The notes: generated from the sequence alone by a model not told the origin. DNA of 64,000 nucleotides from Candidatus Xenobia bacterium (GCA_045863235.1 BTUM01000033.1:1-64000); one strand, 5' to 3'. Shown: positions 9,580 to 19,080, counted from the stretch's first letter. Numbers and translations are program-made.

Positions 9580-10029
9580 TCAGGCCCCCGAGAAGAGCGA
9601 TTGCAGATTGAGGGAAGGGGCGTGCGTCCGGCTGACCAGGGAGACGTAGGCCCGTGCCAGGGCGTCCTTCCCGGCCCCCAAGACCGTGCTTGTCAGCCCC
9701 AGCGCCTCGGCCAGTTGCTCGGGCGCAACCTCGCGGACAACGCAACGCCAGACCGCTTCCTCCAGCACGTTGAAGGCCGTCTGGATCTCGCTCAGGTCGT
9801 AACCGGCCAGGTGGCGTTGCTCGGCCACCGCCTGGGCGTGACTCACGATGCTGGCGAGGTTCTTGTCGCGCACCGCGCCAGCGACCAGGGCCAGGAGGGT
9901 CTCCAACCGGGTGCGCGTCTCCTGCGGTCCCGCCCGCTGGTAGCCCTCGAGCTCGGCCCGCGCGAGTGCGCTCATGGCCTCGTCGAGGATCTCCTGAGAG
10001 TGGCCGACCAGTACCTGGTGCAGATCCAT
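9580..10029 (-). CDS. RsbRD N-terminal-like (globin-like) helical protein
   Basis: RBS AGGGAGG; QRHLAGYDLSEIQTAFNVLEE motif. Confidence 0.7.
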   Translation of the reverse strand: MDLHQVLVGHSQEILDEAMSALARAELEGYQRAGPQETRTRLETLLALVAGAVRDKNLASIVSHAQAVAEQRHLAGYDLSEIQTAFNVLEEAVWRCVVREVAPEQLAEALGLTSTVLGAGKDALARAYVSLVSRTHAPSLNLQSLFSGA

Positions 10030-10065
10030 GACAATCCTCCCTGGCCAATCTGTTGGGCGTCGATC

Positions 10066-11187
10066 TCAGACCGGAACGGCCTTCTCGGCCGGGCGCATCT
10101 TGAAGCGGGGCTCGAGCTCATCGAGCATCTGCACGATGCCGCCGTACTCCAGGTCGGAGTAAGGCAGCATGGCCGGTCCGAAGAATCCCTGACGACGCAT
10201 CTCCACCGCCTTGGCGGCAGCCTGGTCCTGGATACTGCGCCAGAAGGGGTGACTGAACGGGTCGGCGGCCTCGGTGAAGCGGCCCTGGTGCACGCACATC
10301 GCGTGGCACGAGACCACCGGCGGACCGTCGAAATAAGACACCCCCGTTCCCTGCGATACCGGCATCAGGGGGCCGTTGTGCGAGCCGCGCATGAATCCGG
10401 CCACGTAGTGGGTCAGGGCGTAGGGAGCGAGCACCTCGCCCGTGGCCGGGAAGTCGCTCTGGACGCGCACCAGGCAGACCGGGTCGTCCTTGCCCACGTA
10501 CTTGCCGGCGATATTGCGCAGGCGACTGGTGCTGACCACGGCCGCCTGCTCGCCGGTGATGCGATTGTAGATGGCCTCCACCACGAAGCGCTCGGTATCG
10601 CGCAACAGGGCGGCGATCTGGTAGAGGTCCTCGGGCGCGTTCAGCTCGATGACGCGATCCCCCTCGGTGCAATCCACGTCCATGATGACGAAGCGGAATC
10701 CCTTCATCAGCTTGGGGCCAAGCAGCAGCCCGGAGCAGAACATCGGGTCGGCGAAGCTCAGGTACAGAGGCAGGTTGAAGGCTCCCGGGCTGGTCTTGTC
10801 GGCCGCAAAGAGCAGGAATGGCTCGTTGGGCCGTTCCTCGAACTCCATCTCGGCCACCTCGGGGCCCATCCCGCGCACGTTGCCGGAAAAGGCATCCTTC
10901 AGGAGATCCTGTCCGGCCCCGTAAAGTCCCTGCTGGCGGGCCACCTCCGTGCCGGCCTGAAAGGCTCGAAAGGCGAGCTCGTGGATGGGAGCATAGCTGA
11001 CCCCGTGGGGGTGAGCCATCAAGATGGCCACGTCGTCTCCGGTGTGGCTGATGGCGAAGTCCAGCTTCAACTCCTTTGCCTGCTCTGCGATCTTCGAGCG
11101 AACGGCCTCCACCAGGAGTCGGGAAGGTTGAATGTGGCCACCGATGCTACCGACATCGGCCTTGATGCAACTGAGCGTCGTCTTCAT
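10066..11187 (-). CDS. fbp: Bifunctional fructose-1,6-bisphosphate aldolase/phosphatase (FBPase class V)
   Basis: IKADVGSIGGH, GDD, YGAGQDLLKDAFSGN, DKTSPGAFN, YVGKDDP, GFMRGSHNGPLMPV, LEY. Confidence 0.95.
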   Translation of the reverse strand: MKTTLSCIKADVGSIGGHIQPSRLLVEAVRSKIAEQAKELKLDFAISHTGDDVAILMAHPHGVSYAPIHELAFRAFQAGTEVARQQGLYGAGQDLLKDAFSGNVRGMGPEVAEMEFEERPNEPFLLFAADKTSPGAFNLPLYLSFADPMFCSGLLLGPKLMKGFRFVIMDVDCTEGDRVIELNAPEDLYQIAALLRDTERFVVEAIYNRITGEQAAVVSTSRLRNIAGKYVGKDDPVCLVRVQSDFPATGEVLAPYALTHYVAGFMRGSHNGPLMPVSQGTGVSYFDGPPVVSCHAMCVHQGRFTEAADPFSHPFWRSIQDQAAAKAVEMRRQGFFGPAMLPYSDLEYGGIVQMLDELEPRFKMRPAEKAVPV

Positions 11188-11247
11188 GACAATCAGACTC
11201 CTTTACGAACTCTCGTCCTACCCTACCCTGGAGGCAGAGCAGACGAA

Positions 11248-11261
11248 ATGACCTGGATCAG
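11248..11261 (-). promoter_or_regulatory. Fnr-like box driving the fbp operon
   Basis: ATGAC-CTGG-ATCAG; minus-strand -10 TAGGGT (11225-11220) starts 29.5 nt from the box centre. Confidence 0.65.
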
Positions 11262-11304
11262 TCACCACGCAGGATGCCAGGCCTCTCCAACAAAGCAACC
11301 AGGC

Positions 11305-11991
11305 GTGCAGAAGTTCATCGAAGGTGTGACGCGCTTCCAAAGCGAGGTATGGCCCCAGCAACGAGAGTATCTCGAGAGTCTGGCCGGAGGCCAGAAGCCG
11401 GAGGCGCTCTTCATCGGCTGCTCCGATTCGCGGGTCAGCCCCGAGATCATGACCCAGACGCTGCCGGGGCAGCTGTTCGTGGTCCGCAACGCGGGCAACC
11501 TGGTGCCCCCCTACGGAGGTGCACGGGGCGGGGTGGGGGCCAGCATCGAGTATGCCGTTGCCGCGCTGCACGTTCCCCACATCATCATCTGCGGTCACTC
11601 CGACTGCGGGGTGATGAAGGCCACCCTGGCCCCCGAGCACGCCACCACCATGCCAGCCGTGGTGGACTGGCTGCAGATGACCGAGGCCACCCGCCGCACC
11701 CTGGCGGAGAACTTCCCCGACCTTCAGGGGCAGGAACGGCTGGACACGGCTGTGGAGCACAACGTCTTGATGCAGGTGCAGAACCTGCAGACCCACCCGG
11801 CGGTGGCCTCGGCCCTGCTGGCCGGTCGGGTGCAGATCCACGCCTGGACCTACCGGGTGGAGAGCGGGAGCGTGCTGGCCTTCGACACCGAGAACCGTCA
11901 GTTCGTGCCCCTTCAGGAGCTGTGGGCGGCCACCGCGGGTGCGCCCAGCCAGGTGGGCCGGAGCGGAATCTTCAAGAATCCGCTCAAGTGA
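11305..11991 (+). CDS. Beta-class carbonic anhydrase
   Basis: GQKPEALFIGCSDSRV, RNAGN, CGHSDCG; GTG start (alternative ATG at 11248). Confidence 0.93.
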   Translation: MQKFIEGVTRFQSEVWPQQREYLESLAGGQKPEALFIGCSDSRVSPEIMTQTLPGQLFVVRNAGNLVPPYGGARGGVGASIEYAVAALHVPHIIICGHSDCGVMKATLAPEHATTMPAVVDWLQMTEATRRTLAENFPDLQGQERLDTAVEHNVLMQVQNLQTHPAVASALLAGRVQIHAWTYRVESGSVLAFDTENRQFVPLQELWAATAGAPSQVGRSGIFKNPLK

Positions 11992-12000
11992 AGACCTGCC

Positions 12001-12276
12001 TTAAGGTTGATGCTGCCAGCAATAACTGCTGCCGACCTGGGCTGAGCGTTTGCACTGGGCGCCCTTCCTGGTGGTCGCCTGGCAGCGCTTGCTGACCTGA
12101 TCGCTGGGCGAAGGGGCAGGGCGTGATTTGCACACCCCACAGCTGCCGCCGGCGTTGCAGTGGGCGCAGCTGCTGCAGTTGCTGCAGGCTTTGCAGGGAT
12201 CCGCTCCGGTGCAGCGAGCGGCCAGGGCCGGCGCCATCCAGAGCAAGATCACCAGAGCCAGCGTCAGCCAGCGCAT
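12001..12276 (-). CDS. Small secreted Cys-rich protein with DUF5763-like zinc-finger tail
   Basis: Signal peptide; CTGADPCKACSNCSSCAHCNAGGSCGVC; CQATTRKGAQCKR..YCWQH. Confidence 0.75.
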   Translation of the reverse strand: MRWLTLALVILLWMAPALAARCTGADPCKACSNCSSCAHCNAGGSCGVCKSRPAPSPSDQVSKRCQATTRKGAQCKRSAQVGSSYCWQHQP

Positions 12277-13019
12277 GGCATCGCCCTTTCGCGCGGAGTG
12301 GAGCGATCCTCGTAGACCTGACGAGGATAGGCCACCCGGCTCACCTGCCACTCCTCCCCGACGTCCAGGCCCCGGTCCTGAAGCTGGTCTCGCACCAGCT
12401 GTTCGAAGGCCTTCCAGGGGGCCGGCCCGGAAAGGGGCACCAGGGGGCTGCCCATCGCCTGTCCGGCCGACTTGCGCGGCCGAAAGTCGGAGGGCTCAAA
12501 GGCGAAACCGTCGGCCAGCGGCTTGCCGCTGAAGGGGCTGTGACCGGCAGGATCGCAGTACAGGTAGTCCAGGTCGGAGTTGCCTCCGAAGCGCCCGTGA
12601 GCCACCCCGCCGAAAGCCATGAACTGGCGCGGGTAACCTGGCAACTCCTTCTTCAGGGCGCGCACCTGGCGCTCGAAGGCGGCGCTCACCTGCCTCACCC
12701 GCCGTCCGACCTGGGCATCGCTATAGGGGCGCTCGAGGTCGCGCACGATCTTGGCCGGCCAGCGACTCAGCTCCGACCCGCCGAAGCTACCCTCGGCGGC
12801 GAGATCGGCTTGCTTTCGATGCAGCCAGCTCTTCAGCTCGCGAAGGTTGGTGAGCACCTTATCCGGCACGCTCTGGCGCAGATTGTGCAGGCAACTGGCC
12901 AGGTTCTCCTCTAGAATTCGATGGCGTGAAGAATCGAGCTGGACCAGATCAAGAATCTGAGCCGCCTGACGGTAGCAACGCGCCCGCGAGGGCCTGGGGC
13001 CGATAGCACCTACCTGCAC
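12264..13019 (-). CDS. Hypothetical protein with Pol-beta-like nucleotidyltransferase motif
   Basis: FMAFGGVAHGRFGGNSDLDYL resembles hG[GS]x9-13DhD. Confidence 0.55.
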   Translation of the reverse strand: MQVGAIGPRPSRARCYRQAAQILDLVQLDSSRHRILEENLASCLHNLRQSVPDKVLTNLRELKSWLHRKQADLAAEGSFGGSELSRWPAKIVRDLERPYSDAQVGRRVRQVSAAFERQVRALKKELPGYPRQFMAFGGVAHGRFGGNSDLDYLYCDPAGHSPFSGKPLADGFAFEPSDFRPRKSAGQAMGSPLVPLSGPAPWKAFEQLVRDQLQDRGLDVGEEWQVSRVAYPRQVYEDRSTPRERAMPCAG

Positions 13020-13089
13020 AGCTCCACACTAGACGAGAGAGCTGAAAAAGACTGGAAGTCCGGCGGCAAACCAAGCTGGGGCTGCGCAT

Positions 13090-14298
13090 CTAGAACCGAT
13101 ACTGGTAGCGAACCCGAAACCCGTCCTGAGGGAACCTGGGACCCTGCCACTGTTGATTGAGCTCGTAGTTGACCATGATCCGGTGCTCGGGCTTGCGGGC
13201 AAGGTAATAGTTGGCCCCCAGCACCACTCGACTGCGAGCGTTGGTGGCGTTGTCGGGCGAGAGCAGGTCGACTCGATTGAGGTCGGGGTCCAAGGCATCG
13301 AGGTGAAGAACGAGATCCCACTGCTCATCCAGGCGATACACCGTGGCCAGGTAGCCTCCCAGGGCGAGCGAGTCGGTCTGGCTGAAAAAATTGTATCCAT
13401 CCCCGTAGAGGGCTTCCGCCTCGATCGTCCAGGGGCCGGAGTGGTAGTGAAACTCGTAGTCGGCTCGGATGAAGGGCTGGCCCAGCGAAGCGCCTTCGGG
13501 CACAATGGTTCCCCGGTGGGCCGATAGTCCCATCCGCATCCGGTCGGTAAAATTGTAGACCAACCGGGCGGAGACGTCCTTTCCGTTGTCCTCGTCCTGG
13601 AACTCGAGCCGCTGCCCCAGAAAAGCCCCCACGTCCCATTCCAGCTTGCCGGCCTTGCCGCCGAGATTGAGCCCGAAGTCACGGTCTTGATACAGAGCAC
13701 GGGTGGCGTCGCTGCGCTCGATGGTGTTGGTCTCAGCGGCCGAGCGGTAGCCTTCATAGCCAAAGCGCATCTTGAACTGACCGGCCTGCAACACCATGGC
13801 ATCATTGATGGTCCAGCGCAGGTAACAATCGCGAAAGTTGGCCTCGTCGTTGCGCGTGTCGTAATGGCCCTGGACGATGAAGTCGAGATTATCTGCCAGG
13901 CGCGCCGTCATGGAGAGGCGCAAACGGTGGATGCTGGGCAGGGTGCTGGCGGGACGGTTGGAGATGCCGTCCAGCGCGGGGAGCTGAACGGCGGGATTGC
14001 GATTGCCGCGGTGACCGTCGTCGAGCTGCAGCATCAACACGCCGTTGAAACGCACCGGATCCTGGGCGTCGGAGGTCTCGGTCCCTTCCGGCAGCCACTC
14101 CGAGGGCGCGGTCTCGACCGGACGATCATCTTCCTCGTCGGTCTGGTCCAGCGATCCTCCTTTCGGCTCGGAGAGCGACTCGAGGGTCTCCAGGCAGGTT
14201 CTTGAGGTAGCCGAGGACTCGAGCTCCTGCGGCGACACACCGCCTGTCAGAAGCCCGAGCCAGGCCAACAGACTCACTATGAATGCATTCTTGGACAT
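13090..14298 (-). CDS. Phosphate-selective porin (OprO/P-like)
   Basis: Signal peptide, RLRLS, AGQFKMRFG.E, IERS, RDFG, terminal aromatic YQYRF. Confidence 0.8.
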   Translation of the reverse strand: MSKNAFIVSLLAWLGLLTGGVSPQELESSATSRTCLETLESLSEPKGGSLDQTDEEDDRPVETAPSEWLPEGTETSDAQDPVRFNGVLMLQLDDGHRGNRNPAVQLPALDGISNRPASTLPSIHRLRLSMTARLADNLDFIVQGHYDTRNDEANFRDCYLRWTINDAMVLQAGQFKMRFGYEGYRSAAETNTIERSDATRALYQDRDFGLNLGGKAGKLEWDVGAFLGQRLEFQDEDNGKDVSARLVYNFTDRMRMGLSAHRGTIVPEGASLGQPFIRADYEFHYHSGPWTIEAEALYGDGYNFFSQTDSLALGGYLATVYRLDEQWDLVLHLDALDPDLNRVDLLSPDNATNARSRVVLGANYYLARKPEHRIMVNYELNQQWQGPRFPQDGFRVRYQYRF

Positions 14299-14332
14299 CG
14301 AGGCACCGGAAATTCGAACAGCAATGCCCCGG

Positions 14333-14364
14333 ACCCTACCAAATCCAGGTCAAGATCGCGTTAA
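14333..14364 (-). promoter_or_regulatory. PhoB/OmpR-type direct repeat plus -10 for the porin
   Basis: Minus strand TTAAC-N6-TTGAC (11-bp period), 10 nt upstream of TAGGGT. Confidence 0.5.
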
Positions 14365-14438
14365 ACTTCGTCGCATTGACCGGCGCGTTCGTCAGACTGT
14401 GCAGACTGTGTAATGTGCAAAACCAGAGTGCGAGCACA

Positions 14439-14693
14439 TCAGAGAACGCGCTGGGCGCCCGCCTGCATCCGGCGCAGACGCATCTGATCCTGCTCGTAGG
14501 AGTACCAGCCGCCCTCCTGCAAGGTCCAGTGGGCGGACATGGTCAGGTTGCCGTTGTACGTCTGGGGCTCGCTGAGAATGCGGGAAAAGGCGTCTTCGAA
14601 GTCGGAGCGGACCTCAAGCTCGGGATTGGGCTCGCGAAACGAGAAAGAACGGGAAGATTGAGCTGCGTTGTAGCCGATCGAACCAAGCTGCAT
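14439..14693 (-). CDS. Small hypothetical protein
   Basis: 84-aa ORF, RBS GAGGGGG, upstream TATACT. Confidence 0.65.
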   Translation of the reverse strand: MQLGSIGYNAAQSSRSFSFREPNPELEVRSDFEDAFSRILSEPQTYNGNLTMSAHWTLQEGGWYSYEQDQMRLRRMQAGAQRVL

Positions 14694-14944
14694 CCAAGAC
14701 CCCCTCAGAGCTGACCTGTTGTCAGTATAGCCGGCCGCTCGGCGCGAGCCGATTGTCCAGTTGTAACATCCGTGTAAACCAGGTTAACTTTCGTCGCAAC
14801 TCGGGCTCCAGGAGGTCGAGCTGGGCCCTGTCGTCCCTGATCTTGGCGCCCTCGAGCACCTTACCCGGGCGAGGGGCTCTCGGTCCATGACGCCATCCTT
14901 GAAGAAATTTTTAACAATTTCGACGGCCTGAAACGCGAGCTGAC

Positions 14945-14986
14945 CTGATCTGGATCATAACCTCCTCCTTCATCTGGCCCTATAGT
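14945..14986 (+). promoter_or_regulatory. Fnr-like box and -10 of the cco operon
   Basis: CTGAT-CTGG-ATCAT (14945-14958), TATAGT at 14981-14986; class II geometry. Confidence 0.75.
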
Positions 14987-15013
14987 CGAGAAAACGGAAG
15001 GGAGACCGCTTTC

Positions 15014-16417
15014 TTGGGCGACAGCTATTACGACGACGACTCTCCGAGACTCTTCACCTTTTTCACGGTATTCTGGGGGTTCGTGGGGATGCTGGTGGGC
15101 CTTTGGGCGGCTCTGGAGCTGGCTTTCTATCAGCTCAATGGCGACCTTCCGTGGCTCACCTTCGGGCGGCTCAGGCCGCTTCACACCAACGCTGTCATCT
15201 TCGCTTTCGCCGGCAACGCCATCTTTGCCGGCGTCTACTATTCCACCCAGCGCCTTTGCCGCGTAAGGATGTTCAACGATACCCTGTCCAGGCTCCACGT
15301 GTGGGGCTGGCAGCTCATCGTGGTGCTGGACGCGGTGGCCATCCTGACCGGCCACACGGACGGCAAGGAGTATGCCGAGCCCATCTGGCCCATTGACCTC
15401 CTGATCACGGCGGTCTGGGTCATTTTTGCCGTCAACTTCTTCGGCACGCTCTGGAAGCGTCGCGAGAAGCACCTCTACGTGGCCCTCTGGTTCTACATGT
15501 CCACCGTCTTGACCATCGCCGTGCTGCACATCGTGAACAACCTCTGCATGCCGGTGACCCTGCTCAAGAGCTACCCTGCCTACGCCGGAGTTCAGGACGC
15601 CCTGATCCAGTGGTGGTACGGCCACAACGCGGTGGGCTTCCTGCTGACCACGCCCTTCCTGGGGCTGATGTACTACTTCCTGCCCAAGGCGGTGAACCGG
15701 CCGGTCTACTCCTACCGGCTCTCCATCGTCCACTTCTGGTCCTTGATCTTCCTCTACATCTGGGCCGGGCCCCATCACCTGCTCTACACCGCCCTGCCCG
15801 ACTGGGCCCAGACCCTCGGCATGGTGTTCTCATTGATGCTGATCGCTCCGTCCTGGGGCGGCATGATCAACGGCATCCTGACCTTCAAAGGGGCCTGGCA
15901 CCGGTTGCGATCCGAGCCGGTCCTCAAGTTCCTGGTGGCCTCGCTGACCTTCTACGGCATGTCCACCTTCGAGGGCCCGATGCTGAGCATTCGCTCGGTT
16001 TCGGCCCTGGGCCACTACACCGACTGGATCGTGGGCCACGTGCACTCGGGTGCCCTGGGCTGGGTTGGCTTCATGATCTTCGCGATGCTCTACTGGATGG
16101 TGCCTCGCCTCTACAAGACCGAGCTCTACTCCACCAAGCTTTGCGAGATCCACTTCTGGATCGGCTCGGGCGGCATCGTGCTCTACATCACTTCGATGTG
16201 GATCACCGGCATCACTCAGGGCCTGATGTGGCGCGAATACTCGGCTGAGGGCACGCTGATCTACCAGTTCATCGAGACGGTCAAGATCCTGCACCCCTAC
16301 TACATCGTGCGCGCTCTCGGGGGAGGGCTCTACCTGGTCGGCCTCATCTTGATGGCCTACAACCTGGTCCGCACAGCAATGTCGGGCAAACCCTCCCAAG
16401 AAAGGATCCCCGCGTGA
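15014..16417 (+). CDS. ccoN: cbb3-type cytochrome c oxidase subunit I
   Basis: FGRLRPLHTN, QWWYGHNAVGF, WAGPHHL, HVHSGALGW; TTG start. Confidence 0.97.
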   Translation: MGDSYYDDDSPRLFTFFTVFWGFVGMLVGLWAALELAFYQLNGDLPWLTFGRLRPLHTNAVIFAFAGNAIFAGVYYSTQRLCRVRMFNDTLSRLHVWGWQLIVVLDAVAILTGHTDGKEYAEPIWPIDLLITAVWVIFAVNFFGTLWKRREKHLYVALWFYMSTVLTIAVLHIVNNLCMPVTLLKSYPAYAGVQDALIQWWYGHNAVGFLLTTPFLGLMYYFLPKAVNRPVYSYRLSIVHFWSLIFLYIWAGPHHLLYTALPDWAQTLGMVFSLMLIAPSWGGMINGILTFKGAWHRLRSEPVLKFLVASLTFYGMSTFEGPMLSIRSVSALGHYTDWIVGHVHSGALGWVGFMIFAMLYWMVPRLYKTELYSTKLCEIHFWIGSGGIVLYITSMWITGITQGLMWREYSAEGTLIYQFIETVKILHPYYIVRALGGGLYLVGLILMAYNLVRTAMSGKPSQERIPA

Positions 16418-17079
16418 CGCACCGCACTCTCGAACAAAAGGGACTTCTGTTCGGCGTCCTGATGCTGGTCGTGGTCTTGATCGGCGGCATCGTGGAGATC
16501 GTCCCGCTGTATGCCGTGAAAGCCAGCGTGCCCCCGCTGGAGGGCGTCAAGCCCTACAGTCCACTCGAGCTCGACGGGCGCGACATCTACATTCGTGAAG
16601 GCTGCTACACCTGTCACAGCCAGATGGTGCGGCCCTTCCGCGACGAGATGGAGCGCTACGGGCCTTACTCCAAAGCCGGCGAGTATGTCTACGATCGCCC
16701 CTTCCAGTGGGGCTCCAAGCGCACCGGTCCCGACCTGCAGCGCCTGGGTGGCAAGTATCCCGACAGCTGGCACTACCTGCACATGAAAAATCCCCGCGAG
16801 ATCGTTCCGGGCTCCATCATGCCCGCCTATCCGTGGCTCTTCACCCAGCAGGTCGACCACAGCCTGGTACCTGCCAAAATGCGCGCCCTGCAGAGGTTGG
16901 GAGTGCCCTATACCGACGAGGAGATCGCCAACTACGCCGTGGCCTACTTCAAGCAAGCCAGCTCCGTCGAGACCAACATCAAGGCGGCCGGCATCAAGGA
17001 CGACTATCAGAACACGCCTGAGATCATCGCGCTGATCGCTTACTTGCAGCGGCTCGGCAGCGACATCAAGTGGAGGTAA
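16414..17079 (+). CDS. ccoO: cbb3-type oxidase subunit II
   Basis: GRDIYIREGCYTCHSQMVRP, WGSKRTGPDL. Confidence 0.97.
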   Translation: MTHRTLEQKGLLFGVLMLVVVLIGGIVEIVPLYAVKASVPPLEGVKPYSPLELDGRDIYIREGCYTCHSQMVRPFRDEMERYGPYSKAGEYVYDRPFQWGSKRTGPDLQRLGGKYPDSWHYLHMKNPREIVPGSIMPAYPWLFTQQVDHSLVPAKMRALQRLGVPYTDEEIANYAVAYFKQASSVETNIKAAGIKDDYQNTPEIIALIAYLQRLGSDIKWR

Positions 17080-17081
17080 GG

Positions 17082-17231
17082 ATGCCTCAACCCGACTGGA
17101 TCATTGCGATGAAGGAAGGCGTCCTGGTGCTGTTCTTCCTCATCTTCTCGGGGGTCATCGCCTGGACTTATCACAGCTCCAACCGCGCCGCGATGGAGCG
17201 ATACGGCCGCTTGCCCCTGGAGGACGAATGA
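17082..17231 (+). CDS. ccoQ: cbb3-type oxidase subunit IV (49 aa, not in ORF track)
   Basis: MPQPDWIIAMKEGVLVLFFLIFSGVIAWTYHSSNRAAMERYGRLPLEDE; position between ccoO and ccoP. Confidence 0.88.
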   Translation: MPQPDWIIAMKEGVLVLFFLIFSGVIAWTYHSSNRAAMERYGRLPLEDE

Positions 17232-17827
17232 GCGACGAGCATACCATCTTGACTGACGAGGAAGTGACGCCCGGCCCGCTGGCGGGAAACTCGAGCAACG
17301 ACCGGGTCGTCCTTCCCGACGACAAGCTGTTGGCCGGCCACGAGGTGGACGGCATCCAGGAGATGGACAACCCCATGCCGATGTGGCTGACCACCCTCTT
17401 CCTGGCCACATTCCTTTATGCCATCGGATACTGCATCGTCTACCCGAGCTTCTGGTTCTGGCCGGGCCTCTGGAAGTGGTCGAGCACCACCGAGATGGCC
17501 CGTCTGGAGGCCGAGCAGGCTGCCAAGCGCGCCCAACCTGTGGTGGCGAAGGCCGACCTGAACCAGCTGGCCAGTGATCCGACCCACGTGGCCAACGGCA
17601 AGAAGATTTACGAGTTCACCTGTGCCACCTGCCACGGCGAGAATGCTCAGGGCAAAGTGGGACCAAGCCTGGTGGACGCCGAGTGGAAATATGGCGGCAA
17701 GCCGACCGACATCCTCGAGAGCGTGACCAACGGCCGACCGGCGGGGATGCCCAACTGGGGGAACACCCTGAAGCCCGAGGAGGTGGAGGACGTGACAGCC
17801 TTTGTCCTGTCGCTCCAGAAAAAGTGA
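17228..17827 (+). CDS. ccoP: cbb3-type oxidase subunit III, single-heme form
   Basis: HEVDGIQEMDNPMPMW; one CATCH motif; MPNW. Confidence 0.92.
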   Translation: MSDEHTILTDEEVTPGPLAGNSSNDRVVLPDDKLLAGHEVDGIQEMDNPMPMWLTTLFLATFLYAIGYCIVYPSFWFWPGLWKWSSTTEMARLEAEQAAKRAQPVVAKADLNQLASDPTHVANGKKIYEFTCATCHGENAQGKVGPSLVDAEWKYGGKPTDILESVTNGRPAGMPNWGNTLKPEEVEDVTAFVLSLQKK

Positions 17828-19080
17828 GCCGCCCCATCTATACCCGCCACGTCAACGGCAGATTCCACAAGCTCCGGGCGGCCGTGAGCCTGATCCTGCA
17901 GTCTCTGCTGTTCGTCCTCCCCTGGATCGAGTATCACGGCCGCCCCTTCCTCTTGCTCGACATCCCCCATCGTCGCCTCTACCTGGGCCACCTGGTGCTG
18001 TTCCCGCAGGAGACGTTCTTTCTGCTGATCATGCTGCTCTCGGCCGGAACGCTGCTCTTCCTCTCCACCTCCCTGGGGGGACGCATCTGGTGCGGCTACG
18101 CCTGTCCCCAGACGCTCTTCAGCCAGTCCTTCATGATGATCGAGCGCTGGGTCGAGGGCGACCGGGCCCGGCGCATGCGGCGAGAGAAAGGCTCTCTGAC
18201 AGCCTCCTGGGTGATCCGTCGAGGCCTCAAGCTGGCTATCTGGCTGGTGATGGGCATCTGGCTTGGCATCACCATCTCGGGCTACTTCGTGCCGATCCGA
18301 CAGCTGACACTGGCCTCCTGGCCGGTGGTGGCCTTCTTCACCTTCATCTCGTTGCTCGACTTCGGCTTCCTGCGCGAGATGGTCTGCCACAACTGGTGCC
18401 CTTACGCCCGCTTTCAGGGAGCCCTGTTCGACAAGGACACTCTGGTCATCGCCTATGACAACGAGCGCGGCGAGCCGCGCGGCAAGGTGAACACCACCCA
18501 GGGCTCGTGCGTGGACTGCTCGCTCTGCGTACAGGTCTGCCCCATGGGCATCGACATCCGAGACGGCCAGCAGCTCGAGTGCATCGCCTGCGCTGCTTGC
18601 ATCGACGCCTGTGACCAGGTCATGGACAAGCTCAAGCGTCCTCGAGGCCTGGTGGGCTACCGCACCCTGAGCGGGCGTCAGCGCCTGCTCCGCCCCCGCA
18701 CCATCGTCTACGGCGTGGTACTGGCGGTGCTGGCCACCACCTTCCTCTACCTGGCCACCCACCGGCAGCTGCTGGCGGTCGACGTGGTGCGCTCGGCGGC
18801 TTTGTTCAACACCACTCCCGATGGCCGGGTCTCCAACAACTACACCGTGCACCTGATCAACCGTCGCGACGAGCCGGTCGAGGTGAAGCTCTCGCTCGAG
18901 GGGATGCCCGAGGGCGAGCTGATCGCTCCCCGGGGCAACCCGGTCACGGTGCCGCCTGCCTCGGTGCAAGCGGTTCAGGTGCTGGTGGTGCGTCCCAAAG
19001 CTGACCGACCGGTCGTTTCGTTCAGGCTGAAGGCCAACGACGAAGAGGTCCAGACCACGTTCGTGGGGCCCGGCCAATGA
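17824..19080 (+). CDS. ccoG: Cytochrome c oxidase accessory ferredoxin-like protein
   Basis: GRIWCGYACPQT, CPYARFQ, CVDCSLCVQVCP, CIACAACIDAC. Confidence 0.95.
   Translation: MSRPIYTRHVNGRFHKLRAAVSLILQSLLFVLPWIEYHGRPFLLLDIPHRRLYLGHLVLFPQETFFLLIMLLSAGTLLFLSTSLGGRIWCGYACPQTLFSQSFMMIERWVEGDRARRMRREKGSLTASWVIRRGLKLAIWLVMGIWLGITISGYFVPIRQLTLASWPVVAFFTFISLLDFGFLREMVCHNWCPYARFQGALFDKDTLVIAYDNERGEPRGKVNTTQGSCVDCSLCVQVCPMGIDIRDGQQLECIACAACIDACDQVMDKLKRPRGLVGYRTLSGRQRLLRPRTIVYGVVLAVLATTFLYLATHRQLLAVDVVRSAALFNTTPDGRVSNNYTVHLINRRDEPVEVKLSLEGMPEGELIAPRGNPVTVPPASVQAVQVLVVRPKADRPVVSFRLKANDEEVQTTFVGPGQ

Noticed and set aside
9562..11304. 809-aa ORF apparently fusing a long N-terminus to carbonic anhydrase
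   Set aside because: The N-terminal part is the antisense shadow of fbp and the RsbRD_N-like gene; the CA domain begins at about 11305.
14790..14945. Coding-like remnants upstream of ccoN
   Set aside because: Short frames on both strands with no start context or family motif.
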